Made by a program: the position numbers and the translations under genes
The notes under the pieces: model-generated
Told to the model about the DNA's origin: nothing
Seen by the model: only the letters and a program-made list of their open reading frames with translations
Database searches by the model: none
Source of the DNA: Bacteroidota bacterium
GTDB taxonomy: Bacteria; Bacteroidota; Bacteroidia; 2-12-FULL-35-15
Length of the DNA stretch: 64,000 nucleotides
Direction: 5' to 3'
Assembly (NCBI GenBank): GCA_021323165.1
Contig: JAJTCJ010000001.1
Coordinates: 14,205-78,204 of the forward strand
Shown: one piece after another, positions 30,732 through 41,914 of the stretch
Numbering within the stretch: position 1 is the first letter of the stretch
How the letters are laid out: every line of letters begins with the position of its first letter

Positions 30732-32537
30732 TTAAAGGGTTATAAATTGTTTTTTACGTTCTATTGAAGCTTTAATATCATCAAGCTGTCCTTTTGGAAT
30801 GGCTCCGATAAGATTTTTGGTATAATCCGTCTGAGGGTTGTTGTAAATGTTGTCCGCATCTCCCATTTCTTCAACTTTTCCTTTATTCATAACTACCATA
30901 CGGTCGCTCATGAATTTTACCACTGACAGATCATGTGAAATAAAAATGTAAGTGAAATCAAATTCACGTTTAAGCTCATTCAGTAGATTTAATACCTGGG
31001 CCTGGACAGAAACATCCAATGCTGATACAGACTCGTCACAGATAATGAATTTCGGCTTTAATGCGATGGCGCGGGCAATGCAGATACGCTGGCGTTGTCC
31101 GCCTGAAAATTCGTGAGGATAACGGTAAAAATGACTTTCATTCATGTTTACACGATGAAGAAGCTCGATCACTCTTTCTTTTCTTTCCTTGTCATTTGCC
31201 AGGATGCCATGAACCTGCATTGGTTCCATTATCGCCTGTCCGATAGTTATACGTGGATTTAAAGAAGAATAAGGATCCTGAAATATGATCTGAATATCTT
31301 TTCTTAGCTCACGCATTTCAGTATTGCTGATCTTTGTAATGTTCTTTCCGTTAAATATAACTTCACCGCTTGTCGGTTCGATAAGGCGAAGCACAGTCCT
31401 TCCAAGTGTTGTTTTTCCGCATCCTGATTCACCTACCAAGCCAAGAGTTTCACCCGGGTAAACATCAAAAGAAACGTCATCAACAGCTCTTACAAAATCC
31501 TTCGCCTTTCCAAAAACTCCTTTGTTAATCGGAAAGTATGTTTTCAAATTCCTGATCTCAAGTATCGGTTTTTTTGAATATAATGTCTTGTGAGCTTCTT
31601 CCCGTTGTTCTTTTGTAACAACAAGCCTGTTGGTTACCTCTGCAACAGATGAATTACTTTCAACCATTTCACCGGTTTCACTCGTATTCATGAAGTCGCT
31701 TACGGTAGGGAGCCATTGCAAACGTTTGCTCAGTGGAGGTCGGCAAGCCAGAAGACCTTTTGTATAAGGATGCTGAGGATTCGAAAAGATCTCAAGTGCA
31801 CTTCCCTGTTCAACGATCTTTCCTTTATACATAACAACCACCTTATCAGCCAGTTCTGCAATAACACCCAGATCATGTGTGATAAACATGATTCCCATAT
31901 CATGCTCACGCTGAAGCTTCAGCATAAGATCCAGTATAGTTGCCTGCACGGTTACGTCAAGAGCGGTTGTGGGTTCATCGGCAATAAGAATGCTCGGATT
32001 ACAGCTCATCGCCATTGCGATCATTACACGCTGTTTTTGTCCGCCAGAGATCTGGTGAGGATAGCTCTCAAAAATATTTTCGGGACGAGGAAGCTGAACT
32101 GTTTTGAACAGCTCGATTGTTCTGTCCTTTGCTTCTTTTTTTGTGCATTTCTGATGCAGCAAGATAGCTTCCATTACCTGGTCACCGCAAGTGTAAACAG
32201 GATTAAGTGAAGTCATTGGTTCCTGGAAGATCATTGCAATTTCGTTACCTCTGAGGGTACGCATTTCTTTTTCAGAAAGCTTCGCAATATCAACAGGTCC
32301 GCGGGTTTTAGAATGATAGATAATTTCTCCGCCTGTTATTTTTCCGGGAGGATTTGGAATCAGGCGCATCACGGAAAGAGATGTTACTGATTTTCCGGAT
32401 CCTGATTCGCCAACAATACCAACAGTTTCACCACGTGCAAGAGTGAATGAGATATTGTTTACCGCCTTAACGGTTTCGTCTTCCGTACGAAATTCAGTAA
32501 CAAGATTTTTGATCTCAAGTAAAACTTCTTTAGCCAT
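30732..32537 (-). CDS. Dipeptide/oligopeptide-type ABC transporter ATP-binding protein with two fused NBDs
   Basis: [16 protein letters not shown] and [24 protein letters not shown]. Confidence 0.93.
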   Translation of the reverse strand: MAKEVLLEIKNLVTEFRTEDETVKAVNNISFTLARGETVGIVGESGSGKSVTSLSVMRLIPNPPGKITGGEIIYHSKTRGPVDIAKLSEKEMRTLRGNEIAMIFQEPMTSLNPVYTCGDQVMEAILLHQKCTKKEAKDRTIELFKTVQLPRPENIFESYPHQISGGQKQRVMIAMAMSCNPSILIADEPTTALDVTVQATILDLMLKLQREHDMGIMFITHDLGVIAELADKVVVMYKGKIVEQGSALEIFSNPQHPYTKGLLACRPPLSKRLQWLPTVSDFMNTSETGEMVESNSSVAEVTNRLVVTKEQREEAHKTLYSKKPILEIRNLKTYFPINKGVFGKAKDFVRAVDDVSFDVYPGETLGLVGESGCGKTTLGRTVLRLIEPTSGEVIFNGKNITKISNTEMRELRKDIQIIFQDPYSSLNPRITIGQAIMEPMQVHGILANDKERKERVIELLHRVNMNESHFYRYPHEFSGGQRQRICIARAIALKPKFIICDESVSALDVSVQAQVLNLLNELKREFDFTYIFISHDLSVVKFMSDRMVVMNKGKVEEMGDADNIYNNPQTDYTKNLIGAIPKGQLDDIKASIERKKQFITL

Positions 32538-32655
32538 CTTCCTAACAGGATTTTTCAGAGAGTGCTAAAAATACATTTTGTAAATGAAATATGCAACAAA
32601 ATTAAGACTTGCAGAGTGTTTGCTCAGACGAAATGATAAAAGAAAGTTATGAAAA

Positions 32656-33204
32656 CTAATTCTTGTCAGAATAGATAGAGATAGAAAGCTTTCCGGGTGC
32701 ACCGTCAGTAGTGAAATTGGCACTTTCATCAGAAAGATTAATATGAATGTCGCCTCTTCCCTGGGATTTTACTGTCCACACATTATAACCCATCTGGGTT
32801 TCATTGGAACCGTAATGATCATCAAAATAGGTTTTAAAGGAATTAAAAACACTGTCTATTTTACTGATATCTTTAATGTATACATAGGAAAGGATCTCGC
32901 TGAGACCTTCTTCATCAAAATCATAAGCGATGTCAAATGAGCCCATGGTATCGATCTTATATTCAAAATAAAGATAGTTCTCATCTGCTTCACTGGCCTT
33001 CGTTGTTTCTTTTAAAAGAACGGTTTCCATTTTATCTCCGAAATGTAATCCACGAAATGCACCCGAGTCAACTTTTATAACGGTGCTAACAAATGTCCCG
33101 TATTTTTTTAGAGGATCCTTTCCCTTTTTGCTGCACGCAGAGAACACGAATAACAAAATGATCGTTAAGGAAAGAAGATTTTTTGCCGCAGGAGTATTTT
33201 TCAT
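32656..33204 (-). CDS. Hypothetical lipoprotein (start probably MKNTP at 33204)
   Basis: Hydrophobic stretch then FSAC lipobox; no family recognised. Confidence 0.65.
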   Translation of the reverse strand: MKNTPAAKNLLSLTIILLFVFSACSKKGKDPLKKYGTFVSTVIKVDSGAFRGLHFGDKMETVLLKETTKASEADENYLYFEYKIDTMGSFDIAYDFDEEGLSEILSYVYIKDISKIDSVFNSFKTYFDDHYGSNETQMGYNVWTVKSQGRGDIHINLSDESANFTTDGAPGKLSISIYSDKN

Positions 33205-33322
33205 TTGTCGCAAAGATAAACGATTAAAAGACAAGGATCAGACTATATGCAAAAAAACAGCCACAGATTCGCAAATTTTTAATAGGTTTCGCTTCTCCAT
33301 GGAGAGGGTATTAAGTATGGAT

Positions 33323-34021
33323 TCAAGCGATCACAATACTCTCTTTTTCTATTAATGGCTCACCTTTGAATCGTAAAAAAACCTGAGCTACAGTTAACAC
33401 ATCTTTCTGACAGTAAACCACAATTCGTGGAAGATTTTTTTCTTCCCAATACACCCGCGCAACATCACTTCCGTCAATATCGTCTTTTGGAGTTGGAATA
33501 TTAAAGACTGCAGCAAGCAGATTTAATGAAGTATAGTTTTTATAATCACCGAATTTCCATAATTCCAGTGTGTCCAGATGTGGCACTTCCCAAGGCTTTT
33601 TGCCGGCAAGATTCAGCGTTTTTGGAAGTTTAACTCCGTTAATCAGCATTCTTCTGCAAAGAAAAGGGAAGTCGAATTCTTTTCCATTATGAGCACAGAG
33701 AAGATTGTCCTTACGGTTAAAATGTTTGTTGAGCAAAGCTGCAAAATTCTGAAGGATATCTTTTTCATCATGGCCCCAGAAAGACTTAACACGAAAGGTT
33801 TTGTCATTAAAATAACCAACAGAAATGCAGATCACCTTCGCGAATTCAGCAAATACTCCTGCTTTTTTGTAGAGATCTTCCGGGCTGTCTTTTTGTTGAA
33901 AGCGAAAACGTGAGTCCCAAAGCTCACGCATATTCTTAGGCAATTTTTTGTAGTCGTAAACTACCGGTACAGTTTCCACATCCAGGAAAAGGATGTTTGA
34001 AAGCTTGACATTATCGAGCAT
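33323..34021 (-). CDS. Stand-alone PolB-like 3'-5' exonuclease (DEDDy)
   Basis: FLDVETV, AHNGKEFDFP, YCQKDV. Confidence 0.88.
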   Translation of the reverse strand: MLDNVKLSNILFLDVETVPVVYDYKKLPKNMRELWDSRFRFQQKDSPEDLYKKAGVFAEFAKVICISVGYFNDKTFRVKSFWGHDEKDILQNFAALLNKHFNRKDNLLCAHNGKEFDFPFLCRRMLINGVKLPKTLNLAGKKPWEVPHLDTLELWKFGDYKNYTSLNLLAAVFNIPTPKDDIDGSDVARVYWEEKNLPRIVVYCQKDVLTVAQVFLRFKGEPLIEKESIVIA

Positions 34022-34066
34022 AAATTTATTTTAATTGCTCTCCCGGAGTATAGGATGAGGTGGTTA

Positions 34067-34471
34067 CTATTTTATCATCACACCCTTTTTATTTATGTAA
34101 GGGATCAACACAAAATTTTCTTCTTTGATTGTTTCAGGAAGAAAGATATATTTTTTATCATACATTATCTTATTCTCAAAAAAGCTTACCCAAAACTCAT
34201 TGTTAAGGCCAAACACCGTTTCAACGATAGGTTCGATTTTTTTAAAATCTTTTTTAGGAACAACATCCAGGAAGTGCCTCAGAGTTGAGGTTTTAACCTC
34301 TTCCTCGTTGTAAACTCCGTATCCCTGGGAAGAAACAAGTACACCTTCAATGTCATTCGTTCTCATATTGATAAGGTATGCATTCCACTCATTCTCTCCC
34401 AGGTCGTTAAGCTCTTTTATAACAGCTACGGCAACGTCTTTCACTTCGGGTGGAGTAATGTCCTTTTTCAT
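34067..34471 (-). CDS. Conserved hypothetical Bacteroidota protein (start probably MKKDI at 34471)
   Basis: Globular composition, WNAYLIN, KTSTLRH, LNNEFWVSFF; co-oriented with its neighbours. Confidence 0.7.
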   Translation of the reverse strand: MKKDITPPEVKDVAVAVIKELNDLGENEWNAYLINMRTNDIEGVLVSSQGYGVYNEEEVKTSTLRHFLDVVPKKDFKKIEPIVETVFGLNNEFWVSFFENKIMYDKKYIFLPETIKEENFVLIPYINKKGVMIK

Positions 34472-34534
34472 ACGAATCGCAAAGGTATAAAAATGTTTTT
34501 TTACCGCCAAGGCAAAGGCTTAAAGACGGGTGAT

Positions 34535-35713
34535 TTAGTGTGCTGCCTTATTTCCATACATTTCAAGAGCGGCATCTAAATAGTAATAGACATCTTGCGG
34601 ATGCTCTGTCCCTTGTGGTTTTTCTCTTTTGCTTCCCAGTCTTACTACAACCATTTTCTGATCAGGGATACATAAAATATACTGTCCCAGAATCCCTCTT
34701 GCATAAAAAACATAATGACCTTTATATTCGGGTATTATCCACCAGGCGTATCCATAATTATCAATTTTCTTCCCGTTAACATCATTCAATTCTGCCGGAA
34801 CAATTGACTGTGAAACAAATTCCGGATTAATTATTTGCCTGCCATTCCACTTACCGCTGTCGAGATACAATTGTCCGAGTCGCGCAAAATCCCTTGCATT
34901 CGAATTAAAACAGCAATATGCTTTTTCAATACCGTCTTTAGAATCAAGGCTCCACAATGCCGTATTCTTTGCTCCAAGCGGTATCCAGAGTTTTTCTGAC
35001 ATATAATCACTGAGCGTTTTGCCGGTAGCTTTCATGATAATAAATGCAAGCAATTCTGTATTTCCACTCAGGTATTTGAAAACCTTTCCACCTTCTTCTT
35101 TAACAGAATAATTGTTTGTTAGCTTGCGCAGATCGCTCCCATAATATGCCTGGGCAGGATAAGCAAAAGGGCTTACATAGTCCTCGTCAAAGTCTATTCC
35201 TGAACTCATGGTCAGCAAATGCTTAATAGTAAGTCTGGCATTATTTCCTTCTTTAAATTCAGGAAGGAAATCACCAACCGGCTGATCAACGCTTTTTATT
35301 TTTCCTTCATCTATTGCAGCGCCAATTAATATACCCACAAAAGTTTTAGCCATTGAAAACGAGTTGGAGCGAGAGTCAGGTCCGAATCCATCCCAATATT
35401 GTTCGTGCAGAATAGAATCGTTTTTTATAACGAGAAAGGCTACGGTTTGTAATTCATTGAAATGAGTTTCAAGTTCTTCCGGAATTTTTTTGGAATTATA
35501 ATTCTTTGATAAATTCCATTTCTGTTCTGTTCCTGCCTTTACTTCACGGTTATCAAAAATATCAAATTCACTTATGCTTGGGCCGGAGCGTCCTTTTAAA
35601 TAAGTGTTTGATATTCCTTTATACAGATAAGTCCGTCCGGAAACAATGATTGCAATATTTAAAATCGCAAAAAGTATCAGAAACCATACTCCAATTTTCT
35701 TAAGAATTCTCAT
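34535..35713 (-). CDS. Serine hydrolase of the beta-lactamase/NylB-like family
   Basis: SFSMAK (SxxK), LLTMSSG, FKYLSGN, ARDFARLG, YARGILGQ; N-terminal TM. Confidence 0.88.
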   Translation of the reverse strand: MRILKKIGVWFLILFAILNIAIIVSGRTYLYKGISNTYLKGRSGPSISEFDIFDNREVKAGTEQKWNLSKNYNSKKIPEELETHFNELQTVAFLVIKNDSILHEQYWDGFGPDSRSNSFSMAKTFVGILIGAAIDEGKIKSVDQPVGDFLPEFKEGNNARLTIKHLLTMSSGIDFDEDYVSPFAYPAQAYYGSDLRKLTNNYSVKEEGGKVFKYLSGNTELLAFIIMKATGKTLSDYMSEKLWIPLGAKNTALWSLDSKDGIEKAYCCFNSNARDFARLGQLYLDSGKWNGRQIINPEFVSQSIVPAELNDVNGKKIDNYGYAWWIIPEYKGHYVFYARGILGQYILCIPDQKMVVVRLGSKREKPQGTEHPQDVYYYLDAALEMYGNKAAH

Positions 35714-35736
35714 CTGAAAAAAGTTAATCGTAAACT

Positions 35737-35766
35737 CAAAGATAAAATATTTTCTCGTACTGCAAA
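35737..35766 (-). promoter_or_regulatory. sigma70 promoter TTTG-N18-TATCTTTG for the serine hydrolase
   Basis: Plus-strand CAAAGATA 35737-35744 and CAAA 35763-35766. Confidence 0.5.
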
Positions 35767-35816
35767 GCAGCAGCCTGTTCTATCAAAAGAATAAAGAATA
35801 ATAAAGGAATAATTAA

Positions 35817-37190
35817 TTACTGAATCAACTCACCGGTCAATTTTCTTAACTCGGTTTCAGATGCTTTCAAGTTGAATCGTGCATTCACGAGACGTGTGAT
35901 CGATTCTTCATACGACTTCTGGCTTTCCTTGATCTCAAGATAATTCCCGAGGCCAAGCCGTAACCGCTCTGCTGCAATTGTTAAACTTTGTTCAGCGAGT
36001 TTAATGTTCTCTTCTTCAAGAAGCAGCATTTCCTTATCACCCAGCCATCTGTTGTATGCAATGTTAGCAGCAGAGAACAAAAGATATTTGGTGCTTTCAG
36101 AATACAGATTATTATTTTCAAGATCCAGTTTTGCTATTTTGATCTGATTAGAAGTATTAAGTCCATTGAATAAATTCCAGGAGAAAGTAAATCCTAAATT
36201 CGGTCCCTGGTTTTGATTGTATAAAGCAAACCCTGCTGCACTTTGATTTCGGCCGTACTGGTAACTGGCGTTTAATGCCAATCGTGGAAGATGCTGCGCC
36301 CGCAGTTCTTTTACTATCTGATTTGAAACAGAAATATTCTTTTGTGCAAGGAGAATAGAAGTATTTGCTTTTTCAATATTGGATTTGATTTCTTCCGCTG
36401 ATTTAATATCACTGAAAGCAAAGACCGAGTCAACACTTAAATTGGAATAAGGATCACTTTTAAGAAGAACAAGCAAGTCTCCCTTGTATTGATTCAAAAG
36501 ATTTTTTTGGGTGATAAGATTTGCTTTTTGTGCATTAAGATCCAGTTTAGCCTGCAGAACTTCAACATTTGAACCTGATCCGAGGACCTGCTTTTTTTCG
36601 GAGATCTTTATTCTTTCTTCAGAAACAGCTTTCGCAGAAAGTATTCCTTTAATAAGCTGTTCCTGTTTTACTATATTATAATATGCAAGTGTTACCTGTT
36701 GAACAGTATTCTCTATTTGTAATTTTAAATTGAGCTGTCCGCTTTCTTCCAGGAGTTCAAGTCTTTCTTTAGTAGCAAACATTTTTAATCCGTCAAAAAT
36801 GGTCCATGTAAGATAAACTCCTGCGCTAAAATTGTTTGAGTTCACTCCATTCTTATCTACAATAAGTCCGCTTGAGAATTCCTGCCTTGTATTATTACTT
36901 GCAAGAGTTCCGGTAGCATTCAGATCAACTTTTGGCAGAAAACCTGCATTGCCGTATGTATTCTCTTTTTCGTTGATTGTTAAATTGTTCTTTGCTATCT
37001 GGATGTCAAAATTGTTCTTTAATGCAGTTTCTATAACAGCCTGATATGTTAATGTCCCTGCCGTCTGAGAATAATTCTTATAGTTTATAGAACAGATCAA
37101 TACTATAAAAACAAAAAGCTGTTTTCGTGTAATTCCGTAAGTGAAAGATATAGTATGATCAGACAAAAATTTATATAAATACTTAATCAT
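35817..37190 (-). CDS. TolC-family outer membrane efflux protein
   Basis: ALKNNFDI, FLPKVDL, duplicated helical-barrel pattern; last gene of the RND operon. Confidence 0.9.
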   Translation of the reverse strand: MIKYLYKFLSDHTISFTYGITRKQLFVFIVLICSINYKNYSQTAGTLTYQAVIETALKNNFDIQIAKNNLTINEKENTYGNAGFLPKVDLNATGTLASNNTRQEFSSGLIVDKNGVNSNNFSAGVYLTWTIFDGLKMFATKERLELLEESGQLNLKLQIENTVQQVTLAYYNIVKQEQLIKGILSAKAVSEERIKISEKKQVLGSGSNVEVLQAKLDLNAQKANLITQKNLLNQYKGDLLVLLKSDPYSNLSVDSVFAFSDIKSAEEIKSNIEKANTSILLAQKNISVSNQIVKELRAQHLPRLALNASYQYGRNQSAAGFALYNQNQGPNLGFTFSWNLFNGLNTSNQIKIAKLDLENNNLYSESTKYLLFSAANIAYNRWLGDKEMLLLEEENIKLAEQSLTIAAERLRLGLGNYLEIKESQKSYEESITRLVNARFNLKASETELRKLTGELIQ

Positions 37191-40100
37191 GTTTTTTCTC
37201 TTTTGATAAATAACTGTAAACGGCAGGAATAACGTAGAGTGTTAATACAAGTGAAAACAAGATTCCTCCTACGATCACGATCCCCATTCCCATTCTGCTT
37301 TTTGCACCTGCACCCAATGCAAGAGCGATCGGCATTGCACCGAGTGCTGTTGCAATGCTTGTCATAAGGATCGGTCTTAAACGTGCTGCAGCGGCTTCCT
37401 GTATTGCCTCTTTTTTTGACTTCCCCTTTTCTTTTAGTTGATTGGCAAACTCAACGATCAGGATTCCATTTTTTGTTACAAGGCCAATAAGCATGATTAT
37501 TCCGATCTGGCTGAAGATATTTAATGTCTGGTTAAAGTACCATAAAGAAAGGATCGCCCCTGCGAGTGCAAGCGGAACGGTAAGCATGATTGTGAAGGGA
37601 TCAACAAAGCTTTCAAACTGTGCAGACAGGATCAAGTATATGATAAGCAATGCAAGAAGAAAGGCAAACAGAATGTTTGAAGAGCTTTCTGCAAAATCTC
37701 TTGAGGCGCCCGTAAGTGAAGTTGTGAAGCTTTCATCAAGAACTTCCTGAGCAATTTTCTCCATTTCCTTTATTCCGTCACCTACTGTTTTTCCGGGTGC
37801 TAGTCCTGCTGATACAGTTGCAGACTGGTACCGGTTGTAATGATATAGTTGTGGAGGAGAACTTTGTTCTGTAATAGTTACGATATTATCCAGCTGTACC
37901 AATTGTCCTCTGTTGTTCTTTAAATAAATAGATGTTATATCCAGTGGTTCATCACGATTAGATCTTTCGAACTGTCCGATCACCTGGTATTGTTTTCCGT
38001 TCATTGTAAAATAATTGAAGCGTTGCCCGCTTAACGCAAGCTGTAAAGTCTGCGCAAGGTCAGCAACCGATACTCCGAGGTTTTTAGCTTTGTCGCGATC
38101 AATCGTAATGTTAAGCTCAGGCTTGTTAAATTTAAGATTGCAATCCACTCCCTGGAACACCGGATTTTTATTAGCAGCTTCAAGAAATTTTGGAAGGACC
38201 TGTTTTAATTTATCGAAGTTGGGTGCCTGAAGAACAAACTGAACAGGTAATCCTCCGCGGGCTCCTCCTGCAGAAATTGTCTGCTCTTGTATCACAAAAA
38301 TTTTACCATCCGGAAACTTTTTGCTTTCCTTCATTATGTAGTCTGCGATCTGTTGTTGTGAGCGATCCCGTTGGGAAGCATCAACCAAAGCAAGGCGCAC
38401 AAAGCCAGTGTTCACTGCGCCCGATCCCGTAAATCCCGGAGCGGTTACAGTTAAGCAAATCCTTTTTTCAGGAATAGAATCGATCACGAATTGAGTGAAT
38501 TTATCAACGAAATTATCGGTGTATTCAAATGAAGCTCCCTCCGGTGCTGTAAGTGAAACCCTCATCCAGTTCCTGTCTTCAAGAGGGGATAATTCACTCT
38601 GGAGCAAACTTCCAAGTCCGAAGATCAACCCTACAGAAGCAAAAAGAATAACTATTGCCAACCATCTTCTTCGTAAAAATATTTTTAGTGAATCAGCATA
38701 ATTATTTGTCATGCGCTCAAAGAAAGGTTCTGTCATTTCATAAAAACGACTTTTTTTATGGGATTTTCTTACCATGCGTGCATTCAGCATTGGAGTTAAA
38801 GTAAGAGAAACGAACGCAGAAATAAGAACAGCTCCTGCCAGAACAACCCCAAATTCTCTGAACAGCCTCCCGACAAAGCCTTCAAGAAAGATCACAGGCA
38901 TAAACACAGCGGCAAGAGTAATGGAGGTGGAAATAACAGCAAAATAAATTTCTTTAGAACCTTCATGCGCAGCCTGAACAGGAGGAAGGCCGTCTTCTAT
39001 TTTTTTATAAATATTTTCTGTTACAACAATACCATCATCTACCACTAACCCGGTTGCGAGTACAATCGCGAGAAGTGTCAGAACGTTAATGGAATAACCC
39101 ATAAGGTACATGATAAAGAAAGCACCAATAAGTGAAACCGGGATATCAATCAGGGGACGGAAAGCAATTAACCAGTCGCGGAAAAATAAGTAGATGATAA
39201 GAACAACAAGTATAATCGCGATCAATAAAGTTTCAGCAACTTCTTTGATGGATTTTTTAATAAATACAGTGTTGTCCAACGCTGTATCAACAACATAATC
39301 TTTTGGAAGATCTTTTTTTATTTCTTCAAGTCGTTTATAGAATTCATCAGCGATCTCAACATAATTTGCACCCGGTTGAGGAACCAGTCCCATACCGATC
39401 ATTGGTGTTCCTGATAACTTAAGAATAGTTTCTTCATTTTCCGGGCCAAGATTTGCGGTTCCTATATCTTTAAAACGTATTACCTGATCCCCTTCAGATT
39501 TAATGAGAAGGTTGTTAAAATCTTCTTCGGTTTTAAGTCTTCCGATGGTTTTTAAAGTAAGCTCCGTGTTGTTGCCCGCCACCTTTCCTGTAGGTAGTTC
39601 AACATTCTCTTTATCTAACGCCAGCTTAACATCCTGGGGAGTTAAACCATAAGCAGAAAGTTTAACAGGATCAATTCGCATCCGCATTGCATATTTTTTC
39701 TGACCCCAGATCTGAATAGTACTTACACCTGGTATTGTCTGAAGCCTTTCTGCAAGTACATTTTCAGCGAAGTCACTCACTTCAAGCTGTGTTCTTGTAT
39801 CGGATTGAAGTGTTAATGATAATATAGCATCGGAATTTGCATCGGATTTTGTAACTGTGGGAAGGCCGTCAATATCCTGCGGCAGCTGACGAATGGCTTG
39901 GGAAACTTTATCCCTCACATCATTGGCGGCAGCTTCAAGATTTGAATTAAGATTAAACTCTACGGTAATCGTGCTTGATCCCTGGTTGCTTGATGAAGAA
40001 ATAGTTCTTACACCTTCAATTCCATTTATCGCTTTTTCAAGAGGTTCTGTGATTTGCGATTCAATTACGTCAGCATTAGCGCCTGAATAATTGGTTCGTA

Positions 40101-40239
40101 CAGTTATTATCGGTGGATCAATGGAAGGATATTCACGAACTCCTAAAAAAGTATATCCTATACCACCAAAAAGGATGATAATAAGGCTCATAACAATTGC
40201 CAGAACAGGACGATTTATGCTGATGGAAGAAATATTCAT
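37183..40239 (-). CDS. RND efflux permease (AcrB/AcrD/AcrF family)
   Basis: SINRPV, GLVVDDGIVVTEN, GLVTKNGILIVEFA, RLRPILMTS; 1018 aa. Confidence 0.96.
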   Translation of the reverse strand: MNISSISINRPVLAIVMSLIIILFGGIGYTFLGVREYPSIDPPIITVRTNYSGANADVIESQITEPLEKAINGIEGVRTISSSSNQGSSTITVEFNLNSNLEAAANDVRDKVSQAIRQLPQDIDGLPTVTKSDANSDAILSLTLQSDTRTQLEVSDFAENVLAERLQTIPGVSTIQIWGQKKYAMRMRIDPVKLSAYGLTPQDVKLALDKENVELPTGKVAGNNTELTLKTIGRLKTEEDFNNLLIKSEGDQVIRFKDIGTANLGPENEETILKLSGTPMIGMGLVPQPGANYVEIADEFYKRLEEIKKDLPKDYVVDTALDNTVFIKKSIKEVAETLLIAIILVVLIIYLFFRDWLIAFRPLIDIPVSLIGAFFIMYLMGYSINVLTLLAIVLATGLVVDDGIVVTENIYKKIEDGLPPVQAAHEGSKEIYFAVISTSITLAAVFMPVIFLEGFVGRLFREFGVVLAGAVLISAFVSLTLTPMLNARMVRKSHKKSRFYEMTEPFFERMTNNYADSLKIFLRRRWLAIVILFASVGLIFGLGSLLQSELSPLEDRNWMRVSLTAPEGASFEYTDNFVDKFTQFVIDSIPEKRICLTVTAPGFTGSGAVNTGFVRLALVDASQRDRSQQQIADYIMKESKKFPDGKIFVIQEQTISAGGARGGLPVQFVLQAPNFDKLKQVLPKFLEAANKNPVFQGVDCNLKFNKPELNITIDRDKAKNLGVSVADLAQTLQLALSGQRFNYFTMNGKQYQVIGQFERSNRDEPLDITSIYLKNNRGQLVQLDNIVTITEQSSPPQLYHYNRYQSATVSAGLAPGKTVGDGIKEMEKIAQEVLDESFTTSLTGASRDFAESSSNILFAFLLALLIIYLILSAQFESFVDPFTIMLTVPLALAGAILSLWYFNQTLNIFSQIGIIMLIGLVTKNGILIVEFANQLKEKGKSKKEAIQEAAAARLRPILMTSIATALGAMPIALALGAGAKSRMGMGIVIVGGILFSLVLTLYVIPAVYSYLSKEKKHD

Positions 40240-40247
40240 TAAATGCT

Positions 40248-41306
40248 TTATTTTTTTAATTGTATGATCCGGACTTTCATTTCCGGTTTAATAGACATGA
40301 TCCCGGTTGTAATAACGGTATCTCCTTCATTAAGACCCGAAACAATCTCAACCTTTGAATCTGTCCTTAAACCTGTTTCAACTTTTACGGGGAAGGCTTT
40401 TCCGTTCTTCACGACATAGATCTTATTTCCTTTCATTTCAGGAATAAGTGATTCTGTTGGGATCATGAACGAACGTTTCTTGCTGGCAATAAGCTCAACT
40501 TTGGCAAAGGCGCCTGGATAAACATTGGAGGCAGAGTTAACATAAGAAGCTCTGATCATAATGTTTCTTGTTAGAGCATCTATTTTTGGTTCAATAGCGG
40601 CAACTTTCGCATTGAGTTTTTCTTTGAGTCCTTCAACAGAGAATTTAACTGTATCACCAACCTTAACCAATGCAGCATATTTTTCCGGAATTGAAAAATC
40701 AATCTTTAAGATTTCGGTTTGCTGTATACTTGCAATCACAGTTGCATTACTTACAAAACTTCCTTCGCTTACAGATTTCAATCCTATCTTTCCTGAGAAA
40801 GGAGCACGGATCTCTGTCTTGGCAATCTGAGCTCTTGTGAAATCTAAATCCGCCTGGATCGTTTCCAGCTCGTTAGCGGCTATATCGTATTCCTCCTGGC
40901 TGATTCCTTTTATCTCTAAAAGCCCTTTAACTCTTCCTTCTTTTTCTTTGGATAATTTATACTGAAGGTTCAGTTTTTTCAACTGAGCCTGAAGATCAGC
41001 GTCATTGATCTTTGCGAGAAGCTCTCCTTTTGTAACATTCGTGCCTTCTTTAAAAAGGACAGAAATTAATTTTCCTGACATTTCGGGTCTTAATTCTACC
41101 TCTTCAGCAGCAAGGACAGTTCCGCTGGAATAAATATTATTATTTAACATTGTTGATGTAGCAATATATCCTGTAGCGTTTGCCACTGATGCTTTCTGAG
41201 CACTATTTTTAGGGAGATCCGAATTTTTCGGTTTTAGAAAAAAGATCTTTATCAGGACCAGAGCGGTAATTATAAAAATAATTATTATTAAAGTTTTGTT
41301 CTTCAT
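40248..41306 (-). CDS. RND periplasmic adaptor (membrane fusion protein)
   Basis: N-terminal anchor, ELRPEMSGK, IRAPFSGKIG, IPTESL, VETGLR. Confidence 0.93.
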   Translation of the reverse strand: MKNKTLIIIIFIITALVLIKIFFLKPKNSDLPKNSAQKASVANATGYIATSTMLNNNIYSSGTVLAAEEVELRPEMSGKLISVLFKEGTNVTKGELLAKINDADLQAQLKKLNLQYKLSKEKEGRVKGLLEIKGISQEEYDIAANELETIQADLDFTRAQIAKTEIRAPFSGKIGLKSVSEGSFVSNATVIASIQQTEILKIDFSIPEKYAALVKVGDTVKFSVEGLKEKLNAKVAAIEPKIDALTRNIMIRASYVNSASNVYPGAFAKVELIASKKRSFMIPTESLIPEMKGNKIYVVKNGKAFPVKVETGLRTDSKVEIVSGLNEGDTVITTGIMSIKPEMKVRIIQLKK

Positions 41307-41791
41307 GCTTTTTCTTTTTTCGCTTTTTTATAATTGATATAGATCTTTTGAGATGGAAGGGGTTCAAGATTACTCTGAACTAAGTGAACACATCTGTAAA
41401 GTTCTTTTTGCTGTTCTTTCGTAAGTCCTTTAAATGCTTCTTTATTTAATGAATCGATGGCTTCGTGTATCTCCGGCATTATCTCCCGGGCTTTAGAGGT
41501 CAATTCGATAAAGTGTTCGCGTCTGTCATTCGGATTAACGGTTTTCTTCACATACTTTTTTTTGAGCAGATGATCGAGGCGGCCAACCATTGTTACTTTA
41601 TCTATTTTAAGACAATCGCAAATACACTGTTGTGTGCAGCCGGCTTGGGCGCTTTCCACAAAAATGAGAATGGAATAATCCCGTTCAATATCCAGGTGCT
41701 CAAGCCGTTTTGTAAGCGCACCAAAATATGTCTTGGCAAATATGGCCAGTAAGCGCCCAAAAGGAAGAGATTCTATTAATAATTCATTCAT
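41303..41791 (-). CDS. MarR family transcriptional regulator
   Basis: IDKVTMVGRLDHL...NPNDRREHFIELT winged-helix motif; heads the efflux operon. Confidence 0.9.
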   Translation of the reverse strand: MNELLIESLPFGRLLAIFAKTYFGALTKRLEHLDIERDYSILIFVESAQAGCTQQCICDCLKIDKVTMVGRLDHLLKKKYVKKTVNPNDRREHFIELTSKAREIMPEIHEAIDSLNKEAFKGLTKEQQKELYRCVHLVQSNLEPLPSQKIYINYKKAKKEKA

Positions 41792-41810
41792 CGATTTAAA
41801 ATTCGCAGGT

Positions 41811-41851
41811 CAAAATTAGTTAAAATAATTAATAGTTAAGATTATTAACTA
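41811..41851. promoter_or_regulatory. marR -7 element overlapped by two palindromic operator-like sites
   Basis: Minus-strand TAATTTTG 41811-41818; perfect TAGTTAA-N5-TTAACTA 41833-41851 and imperfect TAGTTAA-N5-TTAATAG 41817-41835. Confidence 0.65.
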
Positions 41852-41914
41852 ATATTTATTATATATTCATATGTTGGCCTAAAACTTTATTCCATTTAAA
41901 ACCGTATTTAAGTC

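Noticed and set aside
30732-41791. ABC ATPase, exonuclease, serine hydrolase and RND pump as a resistance or defence island
   Set aside because: Common chromosomal families with no mobility genes, flanking repeats or defence domains.
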